The notes below the pieces were generated by a model, which worked only from the letters and a program-made list of their open reading frames with translations, had not been told where the DNA came from and made no database searches. A program made the translations under genes and the position numbers. A DNA stretch of 64,000 nucleotides from an uncultured virus (IMG/VR IMGVR_UViG_3300001580_000009) (taxonomy: Duplodnaviria > Heunggongvirae > Uroviricota > Caudoviricetes): the IMG/VR virus record IMGVR_UViG_3300001580_000009; one strand, 5' to 3'. This document shows, one piece after another, positions 9,833 through 19,408 of this stretch (its first letter is position 1; the number at the start of each line of letters is the position of its first letter).

Positions 9833-11745
9833 GACTTGCCAAAATTTCTTCTTCTAGCAAAAAATATTTGCTCACAATATCTTTCTAACGACTGTTGCTT
9901 ATCTTCAGGGAAATCAAATTCATACTTCACCGAATTCACTAATTCTTTGCCTTGATCCTGTACATATCCAAAAATATCATGCTTGAATTCAATATATTTG
10001 GGATAGTTAGCGATTTGTTTATAGTCAATCAGGTATGTCTTTTGGAACAATATAAGTTCAGTAAGCAATGATTCTTCCAAGTCAAATTCATTTCTTAAAA
10101 ACTGTTCCACGATATTAAAAATGTGTTCATGTTTGTCTTCGCTATGTAGACTAATAATAGTGCTGTGTATTAAGTTCCAACCGTGTATTTCTACACCCCT
10201 AATAGGCGTATGGTCAATCTTACCATGAATCGTCCAATTACTATAATGTTCAGCGATTCGGTCAGCTTCGCTGTTTAACCATGGATCCGCTTTTACATAG
10301 TTCCATAACTTTTCGTAGAACTCTCTATATTCAATGCCGTACATCTTATATAATACGCGACTGATATACGTTGTAATTCCATTGATATGGAAAGTATTCA
10401 TGAACCAGCTGTGTAGTTGTGCTTGAACCATTTTTTCTTTAGGTAAATCTCGGGTAGAAACGATTACTTCAACACCTTCACGCAATTCATGTTCATTGTA
10501 TGTGCCAACTAGATAATCATAAACAACACGACCTTCAAGCTTATATAATTTACGCTGTAATAAATTCATTTCAGCATTTTCTAATAACTGTGCTTGGTAC
10601 ACAGTTATACCAGTATGATTGCCACTCTTGTATAACTTATAGAAGTTTTCTTTCCAACTATCCAATGTCTCACCTGGTAGTCCCAGAATCAATTCAGTGT
10701 AAAGAGGTATATTGTGTTCCTCACACATTTTGAATACTTCTTCAATCTTATTCATTTCTAGGTTCTTGCGTTTGATGATGTCTAATACATTCTCATCCAT
10801 TGTTTGAACTGAAAGATTAAGACCTATCTTGGCACCACCTTCATAAATCAACTTACGAACAATATCAACAACTTCTTGCTTTTGATTCTTTGCCCATGCG
10901 ATTGTGTATGCTTTTGGGTTACCATACTTCTTTTGAACTTCAATTAATTTGTCAGCAATCAAACCATCACGTTTTTCAAAGATACCAAAGTTAGCATCCG
11001 TAAAGCTTACAAAGTCTAAGCCATTCTTACCAATCCATTCTAATTCATCAAACACACGCTGTAAGTCAAAGACCTTAACTTTATTATATGTTAAGCTTCC
11101 CCAATCACAGAATGTACATGCGTAGGGGCAACCACGATTTGTTTCTAATGTTGCGTTCCATCTAATCTCAGGATGCTTAGCCATTAACTTATCAAACAAG
11201 CCCGTTAAGTAAGGACTCGGTATTGTGTCTAAATCATCAATACGAACGCTTTCACCAGTGTCGATTGTCTTACCATTATCATTGATAAGAATACCTGGGA
11301 TAGATTTGTAATCAGGATTCTCTTTACTATGTTCTTCTAATATTCTCCTGAAAGATTTCTCACCTTCTAACTTTACACAGATATCAATGTGGGGGAACTT
11401 TTCAAAGAAGTTAGGTTGCTCAATGGGATATTCTGGTCCACCTGCAACAATGAAAACATTTGGATTAGCTTTCTTTAATTCTCTGCCTAAAACTGTACTA
11501 TAGCTTCTATTCCAAACATAGGTACTGAAACCCACAACATCACTATGTCTAAGTGTTTCAACCGCATCTTCAATTTTATCACGGCGCCAAATGAATTCCC
11601 CGATTTCGTAGTTGTCTTTGACTTCATCGAACTGCGATACATAGCACCAAAGAACCGCAGCACTATACGGAAGATAGTATGCGTTGAACTCTTTAGGTCC
11701 TTGCTGAAAGTTTGGGTTTACGAAGCTTACAATTTTTTTAGGCAT
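9808..11745 (-). CDS. Cobalamin-dependent radical SAM enzyme
   Basis: YLPYS, DVVGFSTYVWN, GGPE, EGE, ETNRGCPYACTFCDWG, DANFG and ELILGLPGET. Probable start MPKK at 11745 (the track extends it to 11751). Confidence 0.88.
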   Translation of the reverse strand: MPKKIVSFVNPNFQQGPKEFNAYYLPYSAAVLWCYVSQFDEVKDNYEIGEFIWRRDKIEDAVETLRHSDVVGFSTYVWNRSYSTVLGRELKKANPNVFIVAGGPEYPIEQPNFFEKFPHIDICVKLEGEKSFRRILEEHSKENPDYKSIPGILINDNGKTIDTGESVRIDDLDTIPSPYLTGLFDKLMAKHPEIRWNATLETNRGCPYACTFCDWGSLTYNKVKVFDLQRVFDELEWIGKNGLDFVSFTDANFGIFEKRDGLIADKLIEVQKKYGNPKAYTIAWAKNQKQEVVDIVRKLIYEGGAKIGLNLSVQTMDENVLDIIKRKNLEMNKIEEVFKMCEEHNIPLYTELILGLPGETLDSWKENFYKLYKSGNHTGITVYQAQLLENAEMNLLQRKLYKLEGRVVYDYLVGTYNEHELREGVEVIVSTRDLPKEKMVQAQLHSWFMNTFHINGITTYISRVLYKMYGIEYREFYEKLWNYVKADPWLNSEADRIAEHYSNWTIHGKIDHTPIRGVEIHGWNLIHSTIISLHSEDKHEHIFNIVEQFLRNEFDLEESLLTELILFQKTYLIDYKQIANYPKYIEFKHDIFGYVQDQGKELVNSVKYEFDFPEDKQQSLERYCEQIFFARRRNFGKSWITKIKP

Positions 11746-12604
11746 ATCCACGCTGTCTTATAAATTTTGCTAGCTCATCACCTATAACTTTATAGCCATC
11801 TATAGTTGGGTGTGCGCCTTCGCAGTTAGTTAGATATTTACTCGGCCAGGTTCTTTCAAAGTAAAACCGATGAAAATTCATCCAATCTTGTGCCGGTAAA
11901 ATACCATCCAACTCAACTAACTTTTGTACAAACGCCATGTAATCTACTGAGTTATGTAAATAACATGACCAATCGAACTTATCGACTATCGAACCTGCAT
12001 TTTCTCTTAGATAAGGAATAATGCCTTCGTTACGTTGATTGAAGGCATTGGCTACTACTAATTTAAAGTTCTTAGACTTAGCAAAAGCCTGCAAATTCAA
12101 TAAGTTTATCATTTGTGTTGTTGCTACAAATCTTTCTGACCATATTTCTTTAGCGTATAATTTCCAAAAGTTATTAGGACTGTCGAAAGGCCATGCAGTT
12201 TGCCATTTGTAATGATTGAACTCTCCGTTACTATATCCATCATCCTGACCATTGGGATGTGTATGGGTACCGAAAAGGTCTAAACGCTCAAATCCACTGA
12301 GTAACAGGATAATAATACCTTCGCTGTTATTCCAATCTACCCGATCACAAAAATGTAATTGTTCCACGGCTGCTCTATTACCGATACCCTTAATACCTAA
12401 ATTCATAGGAATATGATCAGTGAAATGATCACGGCATAATACATTGACCCAACTGTTTTCATGCTCATAATGTCTAATATGGTAATCATCTTTACCACGT
12501 AAACTCATTTGAGGACGACCGTTGTACTGGTGCCATATATGATCTGGGTATCCTCCTTCTCCCTGAGTCCAACTACAACCTAAACCAATAATATACTTTT
12601 TCAT
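11738..12604 (-). CDS. SGNH/GDSL-like protein
   Basis: LGCSWTQGEG, NLGIKGIGN and EGAHPTIDGYKVIG. SD GAGGAG. Confidence 0.6.
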   Translation of the reverse strand: MKKYIIGLGCSWTQGEGGYPDHIWHQYNGRPQMSLRGKDDYHIRHYEHENSWVNVLCRDHFTDHIPMNLGIKGIGNRAAVEQLHFCDRVDWNNSEGIIILLLSGFERLDLFGTHTHPNGQDDGYSNGEFNHYKWQTAWPFDSPNNFWKLYAKEIWSERFVATTQMINLLNLQAFAKSKNFKLVVANAFNQRNEGIIPYLRENAGSIVDKFDWSCYLHNSVDYMAFVQKLVELDGILPAQDWMNFHRFYFERTWPSKYLTNCEGAHPTIDGYKVIGDELAKFIRQRGYA

Positions 12605-12613
12605 TTATTCTCC

Positions 12614-13630
12614 TCACAAATACGAAAGAATCGGAGTCAATGTGTCCCCGAAGAATTCAATCCCAGAACGTTTCATTTCAATTAGTTCCTTAGGTACAAA
12701 AGATTTATCTTCACGTAATTGTATAAATGCATCTCTGTTCGACCTTAATTTATTCTCAATCAGTGTGTGTAGTTCTTTAAGCTGCGTTTGAGTCAAATTT
12801 CTAAGACGCAACAAATTGCTAATAATACCTTCCATTCGGTGCTGAATATCAATCTCGGCATCAAACGAATAGTCGAACAGTTCATCGTAGAGTTCTATCC
12901 CATATTTCTCTTTAAGATGCCTATGAATATAGGGAGGACCATATATTAAAAATGGTTTCAAAGTTCCGATAGCCTTGCCGGTTTTCTCGGTGATGAAAAA
13001 TTCCCCTAAACCGTACGTAGATTCTGAAACGATGTCCACAAAACCCCTCATATAACTGCGAGGTATGCTGCCGGCGCCATACGGTATTGACGCATTTAGT
13101 ACAAAATCTACTTCATCAAATAATGGTTCCCCAGTATGATACTTGAATACGTAGGGTGTGCCATCGGGCATGAACATTCTATCAGGTCTATTTAACGTAA
13201 CGATTCCGTCTTTTAATAAATCATACTTAACAAATTGATCAACTAACATCGCTCGTTGATATTTGGCATTGTTATTATAATTCGTGAACAGTACAGAATC
13301 GTCGGCAAATTTAAAAGCCTCATTATTTTTTCTGAAATTATCCACCATGCCCACACCCCAATGGTAATACCCCATTGTTTCAACAAAGTCAGCATGTTTT
13401 GGGAATGGGTTGACCACTGGCACGAACGGCCCGAAAAACAGTAATTTTTGATTGATTGAATTTAAATAAGGAGCAATCGATTCGACAAAGGACCCGAACA
13501 GGCATTTATAATCATATTCTTCTAGAGAACAGCAAATAATCTTATCAGGCTTTGATTTTTGAATTTCATCTATTACCTGATCTTTTCGCTCAGGAAGACT
13601 AGCATGATTAACAACGTAGTACCGCAGCAT
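12614..13630 (-). CDS. Glycosyltransferase-like protein (VTET/TEK family)
   Basis: NYNNNAKYQR...DIVSEST...FFITEKTGK...KPFLIYG...GIELYDELFDYSFD. Confidence 0.55.
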   Translation of the reverse strand: MLRYYVVNHASLPERKDQVIDEIQKSKPDKIICCSLEEYDYKCLFGSFVESIAPYLNSINQKLLFFGPFVPVVNPFPKHADFVETMGYYHWGVGMVDNFRKNNEAFKFADDSVLFTNYNNNAKYQRAMLVDQFVKYDLLKDGIVTLNRPDRMFMPDGTPYVFKYHTGEPLFDEVDFVLNASIPYGAGSIPRSYMRGFVDIVSESTYGLGEFFITEKTGKAIGTLKPFLIYGPPYIHRHLKEKYGIELYDELFDYSFDAEIDIQHRMEGIISNLLRLRNLTQTQLKELHTLIENKLRSNRDAFIQLREDKSFVPKELIEMKRSGIEFFGDTLTPILSYL

Positions 13631-14598
13631 TATACGTCTTTTGCGTTACTAGCAATTTGTTCATAAACCCAATCATAGGTCTTCTTTAATCCGAGTTCTA
13701 AATTTTCTTGGGGAGCCCAACCAATCTTTTCTCTTATTGCTCTGTTATCGCTATTTCTACCCATTACTCCAACAGGTCCGGGAACGTTTTTGACAGTGAT
13801 TTCTTTACCCGCAATATTAGCTATAAGTTTTGCTAAATCATTCATAGAAATCATACGTTCACTGCCTAGGTTTAATGGCTGATCATAGTCACTTTCCATA
13901 ATACGATAGATGCCATCGATGCACTCGTCAATGAACAAGAAACTGCGGGTTTGAATGCCCGGACCCCATACTTCAACTTCACCGTTACTCATAGCTACTT
14001 TACGACATAAAGCAGCCGGCGCTTTTTCTTTACCGTTGTTCCATGAACCTTTAGGACCAAAGATGTTGTGGAATCTCGCAATGCGTGAACGTATGCCATA
14101 GTTTCTAGCATATGTTAGGTAGAGTCTTTCGCTGAATAGTTTTTCCCAGCCATATTCACTGTCAGGGTTCGCAGGGTACGCACTGTCTTCAGCAAGCAAC
14201 GGGTTATTAGGATCTGTCTGGTTGTGCATTGGATACATACATGCGCTACTACTGTAAAAAACTTTTCTGACATCATTCTTCACCATTGCATCTAAGATGT
14301 TCAAATTTATTTGCGCTGAGTTATGCATAATGTCTGCGTCATGGGTACCGACAAACACATAGCCTGCGCCACCCATGTCAGCAGCTAATTGATAAATCTC
14401 ATCTATTTCATGGGTGACTAACCAATTGACGTTATTCTGAACTCGTAAATCGAGAATATAAAATTCATCAGCAACTGTCTTTTCATATAACGGATATTTT
14501 AGATCAGCACCTATTACATAGTGACCCTTAGCTTTTAAACTCTCTACTAAATGCGATCCGATAAATCCCCCTGCACCGCACACTAATATATTTTTCAT
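13630..14598 (-). CDS. GDP-mannose 3,5-epimerase-like extended SDR
   Basis: GAGGFIGSH, LAADMGG, YSSSACMYP, YGWEK, RFHNIFGP, EKAPAALCRK, QTRSFLFIDEC and GRNSDN. This motif set, including the catalytic Cys and Lys, is characteristic of the GME subfamily. Confidence 0.85.
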   Translation of the reverse strand: MKNILVCGAGGFIGSHLVESLKAKGHYVIGADLKYPLYEKTVADEFYILDLRVQNNVNWLVTHEIDEIYQLAADMGGAGYVFVGTHDADIMHNSAQINLNILDAMVKNDVRKVFYSSSACMYPMHNQTDPNNPLLAEDSAYPANPDSEYGWEKLFSERLYLTYARNYGIRSRIARFHNIFGPKGSWNNGKEKAPAALCRKVAMSNGEVEVWGPGIQTRSFLFIDECIDGIYRIMESDYDQPLNLGSERMISMNDLAKLIANIAGKEITVKNVPGPVGVMGRNSDNRAIREKIGWAPQENLELGLKKTYDWVYEQIASNAKDV

Positions 14599-15926
14599 GG
14601 CTTGCTGTTCTTTCTAATGATATCTTTGATTTTGTTCGCGACCATACCAGCAACATCTTCCCATAGTAATTTATAGTTATGCTCTAATATAGGCTTAACC
14701 CGGCGTCTAAAATCTAAAATCTTTTGCTGATCCCAACTACCTATTTCTTTACAGACGCGAGCTATTTCTTGTAAACGTGTTGCAGGGTTCTGTATTGTGT
14801 CGTATTCTTCACTCCAAAAATCACTAAAAGTCTTGAATCCCATTTCTCGCATAGTTTTCAATGCGCCCGGTACACCTACAATAATGAAGGGGTGCTTTTC
14901 TTTAGAAGGTTTGAATGATTTTTCAGTAAGAGTTAGTTGTGGCAAGTCGAAATTAGTTTCAGTCACAATACTAACTAAACTGTTTTGATAGAAAGGTCTA
15001 GCCGCATTATCAAAGTCTTCGCACATCTTGACTACATTAGTTTCACCATCAATAACCAATGGTAACTTCATGTATAAATTCATTGCGTCATTAGCGTCAA
15101 TACCCATATTATACATGTAAGCTTCATGTTGTTTATAAAAGTCTTTAGATGGCGTTTCTGGATCTACTTTTCCCATGCTAACGTAACTTCTATCAACTAA
15201 ACCCATTTGATCTAACTTAGTAGCCAATTCAATTCTATGCGGTCGATAACGACGGTTCCACATCAATAATACTTTTTCGGGAACATGATTAGGATCGTAT
15301 ATTGGTTCATCTTTGCCGCTTTCCATCGTATGCAAATAAGTTGCAAATATTTGCTTTGCTGAAGGATAAGTAATTACATTCATGCGATTTACAGGATTAT
15401 CTGGGATTCCGTGGCGTTGGCAGAAATCTTCATAGATATCTGATGCATTCATACAGCCCGTGACGTAGATGATTTTATTCATAGGTATACCATGAATATT
15501 ACGGAAATACGTGTCCATTGCCAACAGTTGATCATCCTGCATAAATGCTTCTGCATTCAAATCAATTAAGAAGAAACCATTGCCATTGCGCACATGCCAA
15601 ATAACGTTTCCTGTAACATGACCAAATTCTAATATTCCAGTTTTACCTAAGAAATAACTGGTCATTGGAATGCGCCAAGTCAATGAGAAGGGGTAAACGA
15701 ACACATCTAGGTTGCCGCGATCACCTAAATGCACTGACGGATATAGTTCGTAATCTTCTGATTTAGGCTTAAAGATGCGTGTCCATGCATCGTCAGCCCA
15801 CCACATGTGTGAGGTAGTATTGCCACCGTCAGCGACGTTAGCAAAAGATAAAACATTAGGTAATTCAGTGTTCCATATAGGACCCCTGGGTCCTATCCAT
15901 GCATATGCTACTTTGATTCTTTCCAT
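14595..15926 (-). CDS. Glycosyltransferase-like protein (VTET/TEK family)
   Basis: MWNRRYRPHR...VSIVTETNF...LTEKSFKP...HPFIIVG...MGFKTFSDFWSEEYD. Confidence 0.55.
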   Translation of the reverse strand: MERIKVAYAWIGPRGPIWNTELPNVLSFANVADGGNTTSHMWWADDAWTRIFKPKSEDYELYPSVHLGDRGNLDVFVYPFSLTWRIPMTSYFLGKTGILEFGHVTGNVIWHVRNGNGFFLIDLNAEAFMQDDQLLAMDTYFRNIHGIPMNKIIYVTGCMNASDIYEDFCQRHGIPDNPVNRMNVITYPSAKQIFATYLHTMESGKDEPIYDPNHVPEKVLLMWNRRYRPHRIELATKLDQMGLVDRSYVSMGKVDPETPSKDFYKQHEAYMYNMGIDANDAMNLYMKLPLVIDGETNVVKMCEDFDNAARPFYQNSLVSIVTETNFDLPQLTLTEKSFKPSKEKHPFIIVGVPGALKTMREMGFKTFSDFWSEEYDTIQNPATRLQEIARVCKEIGSWDQQKILDFRRRVKPILEHNYKLLWEDVAGMVANKIKDIIRKNSKP

Positions 15927-15932
15927 AATAAT

Positions 15933-15939
15933 TATTTAT
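15933..15939 (-). promoter_or_regulatory. Putative late promoter ATAAATA
   Basis: Fills the 12-bp gap between two cluster genes, 6 nt before the ATG. Confidence 0.5.
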
Positions 15940-16919
15940 TATTGGGCAATAGCGTCAGGATTAAACTTAGGGATGATAATGTCTGTGCCGCAGTGACAAT
16001 GTTCTTTCTCGCATACAATTTGTTTCGGGCCCACTCTGTTGATATCTGTTAGAATGTGACCTACATAACCTCCCATGCCACAGCTAGCTAAACTCATTTC
16101 TCCCACTGGATTAATGAAAATACAATCACCTACGTTGCAATTCCAACCACTAAAGAAGTTATTTCCCGCTACGATGACTTCGTTACTATTGCAAACTTCA
16201 GTTGACCCGTCATCGTACTTGTTATAACTTACAGTCAATGTTGTACGCTTCATGGGTTTGCGCTTTGTTTGCTGCATTTCAGTCGTATGTTCTCTTAACC
16301 ATTGCTCTTTAGCAGGATCTTTATAGTGCCACGGACCAGTATTCACCGACATTTCATCAAACAACGGGGTCCATTCAATGAAGTAATTGGGCATTACTGT
16401 TTTCAAGTAATTACCGTACTCAACAACTTCCCAGAACCGTTCTTCGTGCATCAGCATTTTCGTACTTAAGTAATTAACTTTGTCACAAAGGAAAATGCTA
16501 TTTTCTTCGTACTTCTTTTTATCTGCAAACTCAACGTGGAAGCTACCCACTACGTCATCAAATAAATGATAGTGCTTTTCCCACCATGCTAAGGGCCGAC
16601 TTAAGTTAGTATTGACCGCTAATGTAGCTCTAGGTAAAGCTTCATAAATCCATTCACAGATGGGTATGAAGTTTTTCCAAGCAGTGGGTTCGCCACCGCT
16701 GAAAAAGAACTTAAAGTTCTTGTAACCTACTTTTTTGTAGCGGTTGATAATAGTCTCTAAGTTCTTTAGGTAAATATCTAAGTTACCTTCGTTACGATCG
16801 GTTCCTCCCCAGTTACCCGGGTTACAATAACTGCAACGATAATTACAGAAATTGTTAACTTGCCATGTAACTGCTAGGTAAGGCTGAGGAGCCTCAATTG
16901 CTATTAACTTTTTGCCCAC
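15939..16919 (-). CDS. Radical SAM enzyme with C-terminal twitch/SPASM-like Cys cluster
   Basis: NFCNYRCSYC, FSGGEPT, NTNLSR; C-terminal WNC..IFINPVG...SC...C...CHCGTD. Confidence 0.88.
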   Translation of the reverse strand: MGKKLIAIEAPQPYLAVTWQVNNFCNYRCSYCNPGNWGGTDRNEGNLDIYLKNLETIINRYKKVGYKNFKFFFSGGEPTAWKNFIPICEWIYEALPRATLAVNTNLSRPLAWWEKHYHLFDDVVGSFHVEFADKKKYEENSIFLCDKVNYLSTKMLMHEERFWEVVEYGNYLKTVMPNYFIEWTPLFDEMSVNTGPWHYKDPAKEQWLREHTTEMQQTKRKPMKRTTLTVSYNKYDDGSTEVCNSNEVIVAGNNFFSGWNCNVGDCIFINPVGEMSLASCGMGGYVGHILTDINRVGPKQIVCEKEHCHCGTDIIIPKFNPDAIAQ

Positions 16920-18175
16920 TCGTAGACCTCTTTAAGTTCTGGTACAATATCTACCAATTTTTCTTTTCTAAACTCATCTAACTCATCATTGAATTTAATA
17001 AACTCTTGAACACCGCCCTTATTTTCATCGCCGACGTTTAAGTTGTAGATAATCATCTTGAATCCATTATAGATATCAATGTTATCTTTATAACGATTTT
17101 GATAGACACGATACAATTCAACTAATCTACGCTTTACACTTACAGGCATAATCATGATATTCGCATACCATGGGTTCGTGGCTAAGTTAAAGCGTGGGCT
17201 GGATTTAGTGTCAATGAACCCCTCTTTGACCATGTAATCAAAGAAGTCAGGGAAGGTGAACACGTTCCAAATGCTGATCGTTGGAGTAATCTGAAATTCA
17301 GCATGAGGAACCTGTTCTTTAACTGTTTTAATATTCTTTACAATTTTATTCCAATCAGTTCCTTTTCTAATACACTCAGCTACTTTACCGTGTGCATCTA
17401 AGCTAGCCCAAATCTTTAGCTTGGGGAACTTCTTCCAATATTCAATCAAGTCTTTATCTTTGTAACCTTTTAGTGTACTAAAGTTAGTTGTATAAGTTAA
17501 CTCAATTTGTTCATTTAAACCGTTTTCAATCCAGTAGTCAAGACATTCATAATGTTCAGGGGTGATAATGATTTCGCCACCTGCGAAATAAACCTCAGTC
17601 ACATCCTTTAGATATGGCTTTAATTTATTCATGAAGCTCATTTCTTCGGCAGCGTTGACAACGATCTTAGTTGTTTTGAAATACTTTTCGTAATTTTCCA
17701 TACCCACACGATCTACGAACTCTTGTGCCCATTGACTGGAGCAACCAGGACCACAACTACGACATTTCATATTACAGATGCTACTAAAACGTAGATCCAT
17801 GTACTTCATTTCAAAATGTTTTAAGCTACCATCGTCATTAGTGTTTTCAGCAATGTACTTGACATACTCCAATCCCTTGCGCTTNTTATGACTTTGGCGC
17901 ATAGTCCACGTNCCCATAAGNTCTAGNTCATAGCAACGNTTACATGCTTCNACNGGTTCATCATTCATCATAGCNACACGTAACTTTTTATAGTCACTGC
18001 TATTCATCATTTGAATNATNGANTCNCCATNNTTTAAATCTGCNACNGGCATATTNCTGTCNGCAACACAGCAGGGCATNACTCTGCCATCNGGCCATGA
18101 GTGGAAATGNACCCAGGGCAANACACAGAAATGCTTGCCATGCTTGACAAGACTTTCAACCGTTATAGTATCCAT
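16904..18175 (-). CDS. Radical SAM enzyme with N-terminal twitch-like domain
   Basis: FCxLPW.H...MPCC...ACxRCY, then CNMKCRSC, FAGGE, YTTN and SLD. 22 N bases at 17885-18122. Confidence 0.85.
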   Translation of the reverse strand: MDTITVESLVKHGKHFCXLPWXHFHSWXDGRXMPCCVXDXNMXXADLXXXXXXIQMMNSSDYKKLRXAMMNDEXXEACXRCYXLXLMXTWTMRQSHXKRKGLEYVKYIAENTNDDGSLKHFEMKYMDLRFSSICNMKCRSCGPGCSSQWAQEFVDRVGMENYEKYFKTTKIVVNAAEEMSFMNKLKPYLKDVTEVYFAGGEIIITPEHYECLDYWIENGLNEQIELTYTTNFSTLKGYKDKDLIEYWKKFPKLKIWASLDAHGKVAECIRKGTDWNKIVKNIKTVKEQVPHAEFQITPTISIWNVFTFPDFFDYMVKEGFIDTKSSPRFNLATNPWYANIMIMPVSVKRRLVELYRVYQNRYKDNIDIYNGFKMIIYNLNVGDENKGGVQEFIKFNDELDEFRKEKLVDIVPELKEVYEWAKS

Positions 18176-18178
18176 TGA

Positions 18179-19408
18179 TTACTCCAGTAAATCAGCTAAA
18201 TTATTTAACTCGGGGAACGTTTTCCAGAAACTTTCTTGACGTATTCTATCTAATGATTTGGTGTGCCCCAAGAATTGCTCACGCACACTTGACCATTGAT
18301 CACCCTCAGTAGCAAAGTTTACAGCATCACGGACTAAACGTGACAAACTTGTACCGTCATTTTCATTCGCATCTGCCCATTTTAATGCTTTCTCGGCAGC
18401 TACTGGTTTTAATGATTTTGGTAAGCTCTTTGCGCTATAATATAAAGGGTGAACTGCTAGATATAGACTATGATACCAATCTTCTCTGCGAATAATGTTC
18501 TTATCTTTAAGGTACTGATAGAACTCACCGATTGTAGAATAATTGAAAATTGAGAATACAGTATTCATTTGAAAACTTACATAGTCCAATTCTCTGAAAG
18601 TAAGCAAATTGCTTTCTACTTTACCCCAATCAGTTCCGCTACGTAAGAATTCAGCACGTTCACCATAATGGTCAACACTACAACTTAGTTCAATGCGTTT
18701 AAAGTGTTTCCATAATTCTAAGATATCATGCTTCTTATAACGTATATTGCTAGCATTAGTGTTGTAGCGAAGTGTAATGTCCGTTCTACCTGTACGGATC
18801 ATTTCTTCTAAGATAGTATAATGCTCATCGGTAATTAGCGGTTCGCCTCCCGCGAAATACGCTAGATCAATATGTTCAACGTGAGTTAATACTTCTTTCA
18901 GTAAATCACCCTTACCATCATCAGCATGAATTACGATAGGGTGATTCTTATCGTAATTCTTGTTCATTTCCATACCCCATTGACTACTGAATTCGCTTCC
19001 GCAAGTTCTACACTTGAAGTTACAGATATTGCTGAAACGAATATCAAAGTAGCGCATCTTGAATTCATCTACTGTACCATCTTCTTTGGTTGTAGGCACA
19101 ACTTCATCAAAGTACTTTCCAAAATGCTCTTTACTATAGTTACGGAAACTATGGGGACCTGCTTCTTCGTGCTTATAGCAGAAATTACAAATGTCATTCT
19201 TACGTTCATTCAACATATCCAAACGAAGTTGTTTCATTTGTTCGCTGTTGAATGCTTTATGTAAGGTAATCTCTTTTGTATTTCCAAACGGTTTAGTATA
19301 GTCGTTACTACAGCAAGGGTAGATATCACCTTTGGGTGTCACGTTCAAATGAACCCACGGGAACATGCAAAATGTTTTGCTATCGTTTAGTAAAAAATTC
19401 TTGTCCAT
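18179..19408 (-). CDS. Radical SAM enzyme with N-terminal twitch-like domain
   Basis: FCMFPWVH...YPCC...CNFCYKHE, then CNFKCRTC and FAGGEPL. Probable start MDKNF at 19408 (TAATG coupling). Confidence 0.88.
   Translation of the reverse strand: MDKNFLLNDSKTFCMFPWVHLNVTPKGDIYPCCSNDYTKPFGNTKEITLHKAFNSEQMKQLRLDMLNERKNDICNFCYKHEEAGPHSFRNYSKEHFGKYFDEVVPTTKEDGTVDEFKMRYFDIRFSNICNFKCRTCGSEFSSQWGMEMNKNYDKNHPIVIHADDGKGDLLKEVLTHVEHIDLAYFAGGEPLITDEHYTILEEMIRTGRTDITLRYNTNASNIRYKKHDILELWKHFKRIELSCSVDHYGERAEFLRSGTDWGKVESNLLTFRELDYVSFQMNTVFSIFNYSTIGEFYQYLKDKNIIRREDWYHSLYLAVHPLYYSAKSLPKSLKPVAAEKALKWADANENDGTSLSRLVRDAVNFATEGDQWSSVREQFLGHTKSLDRIRQESFWKTFPELNNLADLLE

Noticed and set aside
8921..18122. N clusters as diversity-generating retroelement variable regions
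   Set aside because: No reverse transcriptase or template repeat in the window. The Ns are biased to wobble positions and lie inside enzymes rather than at fibre C-termini.
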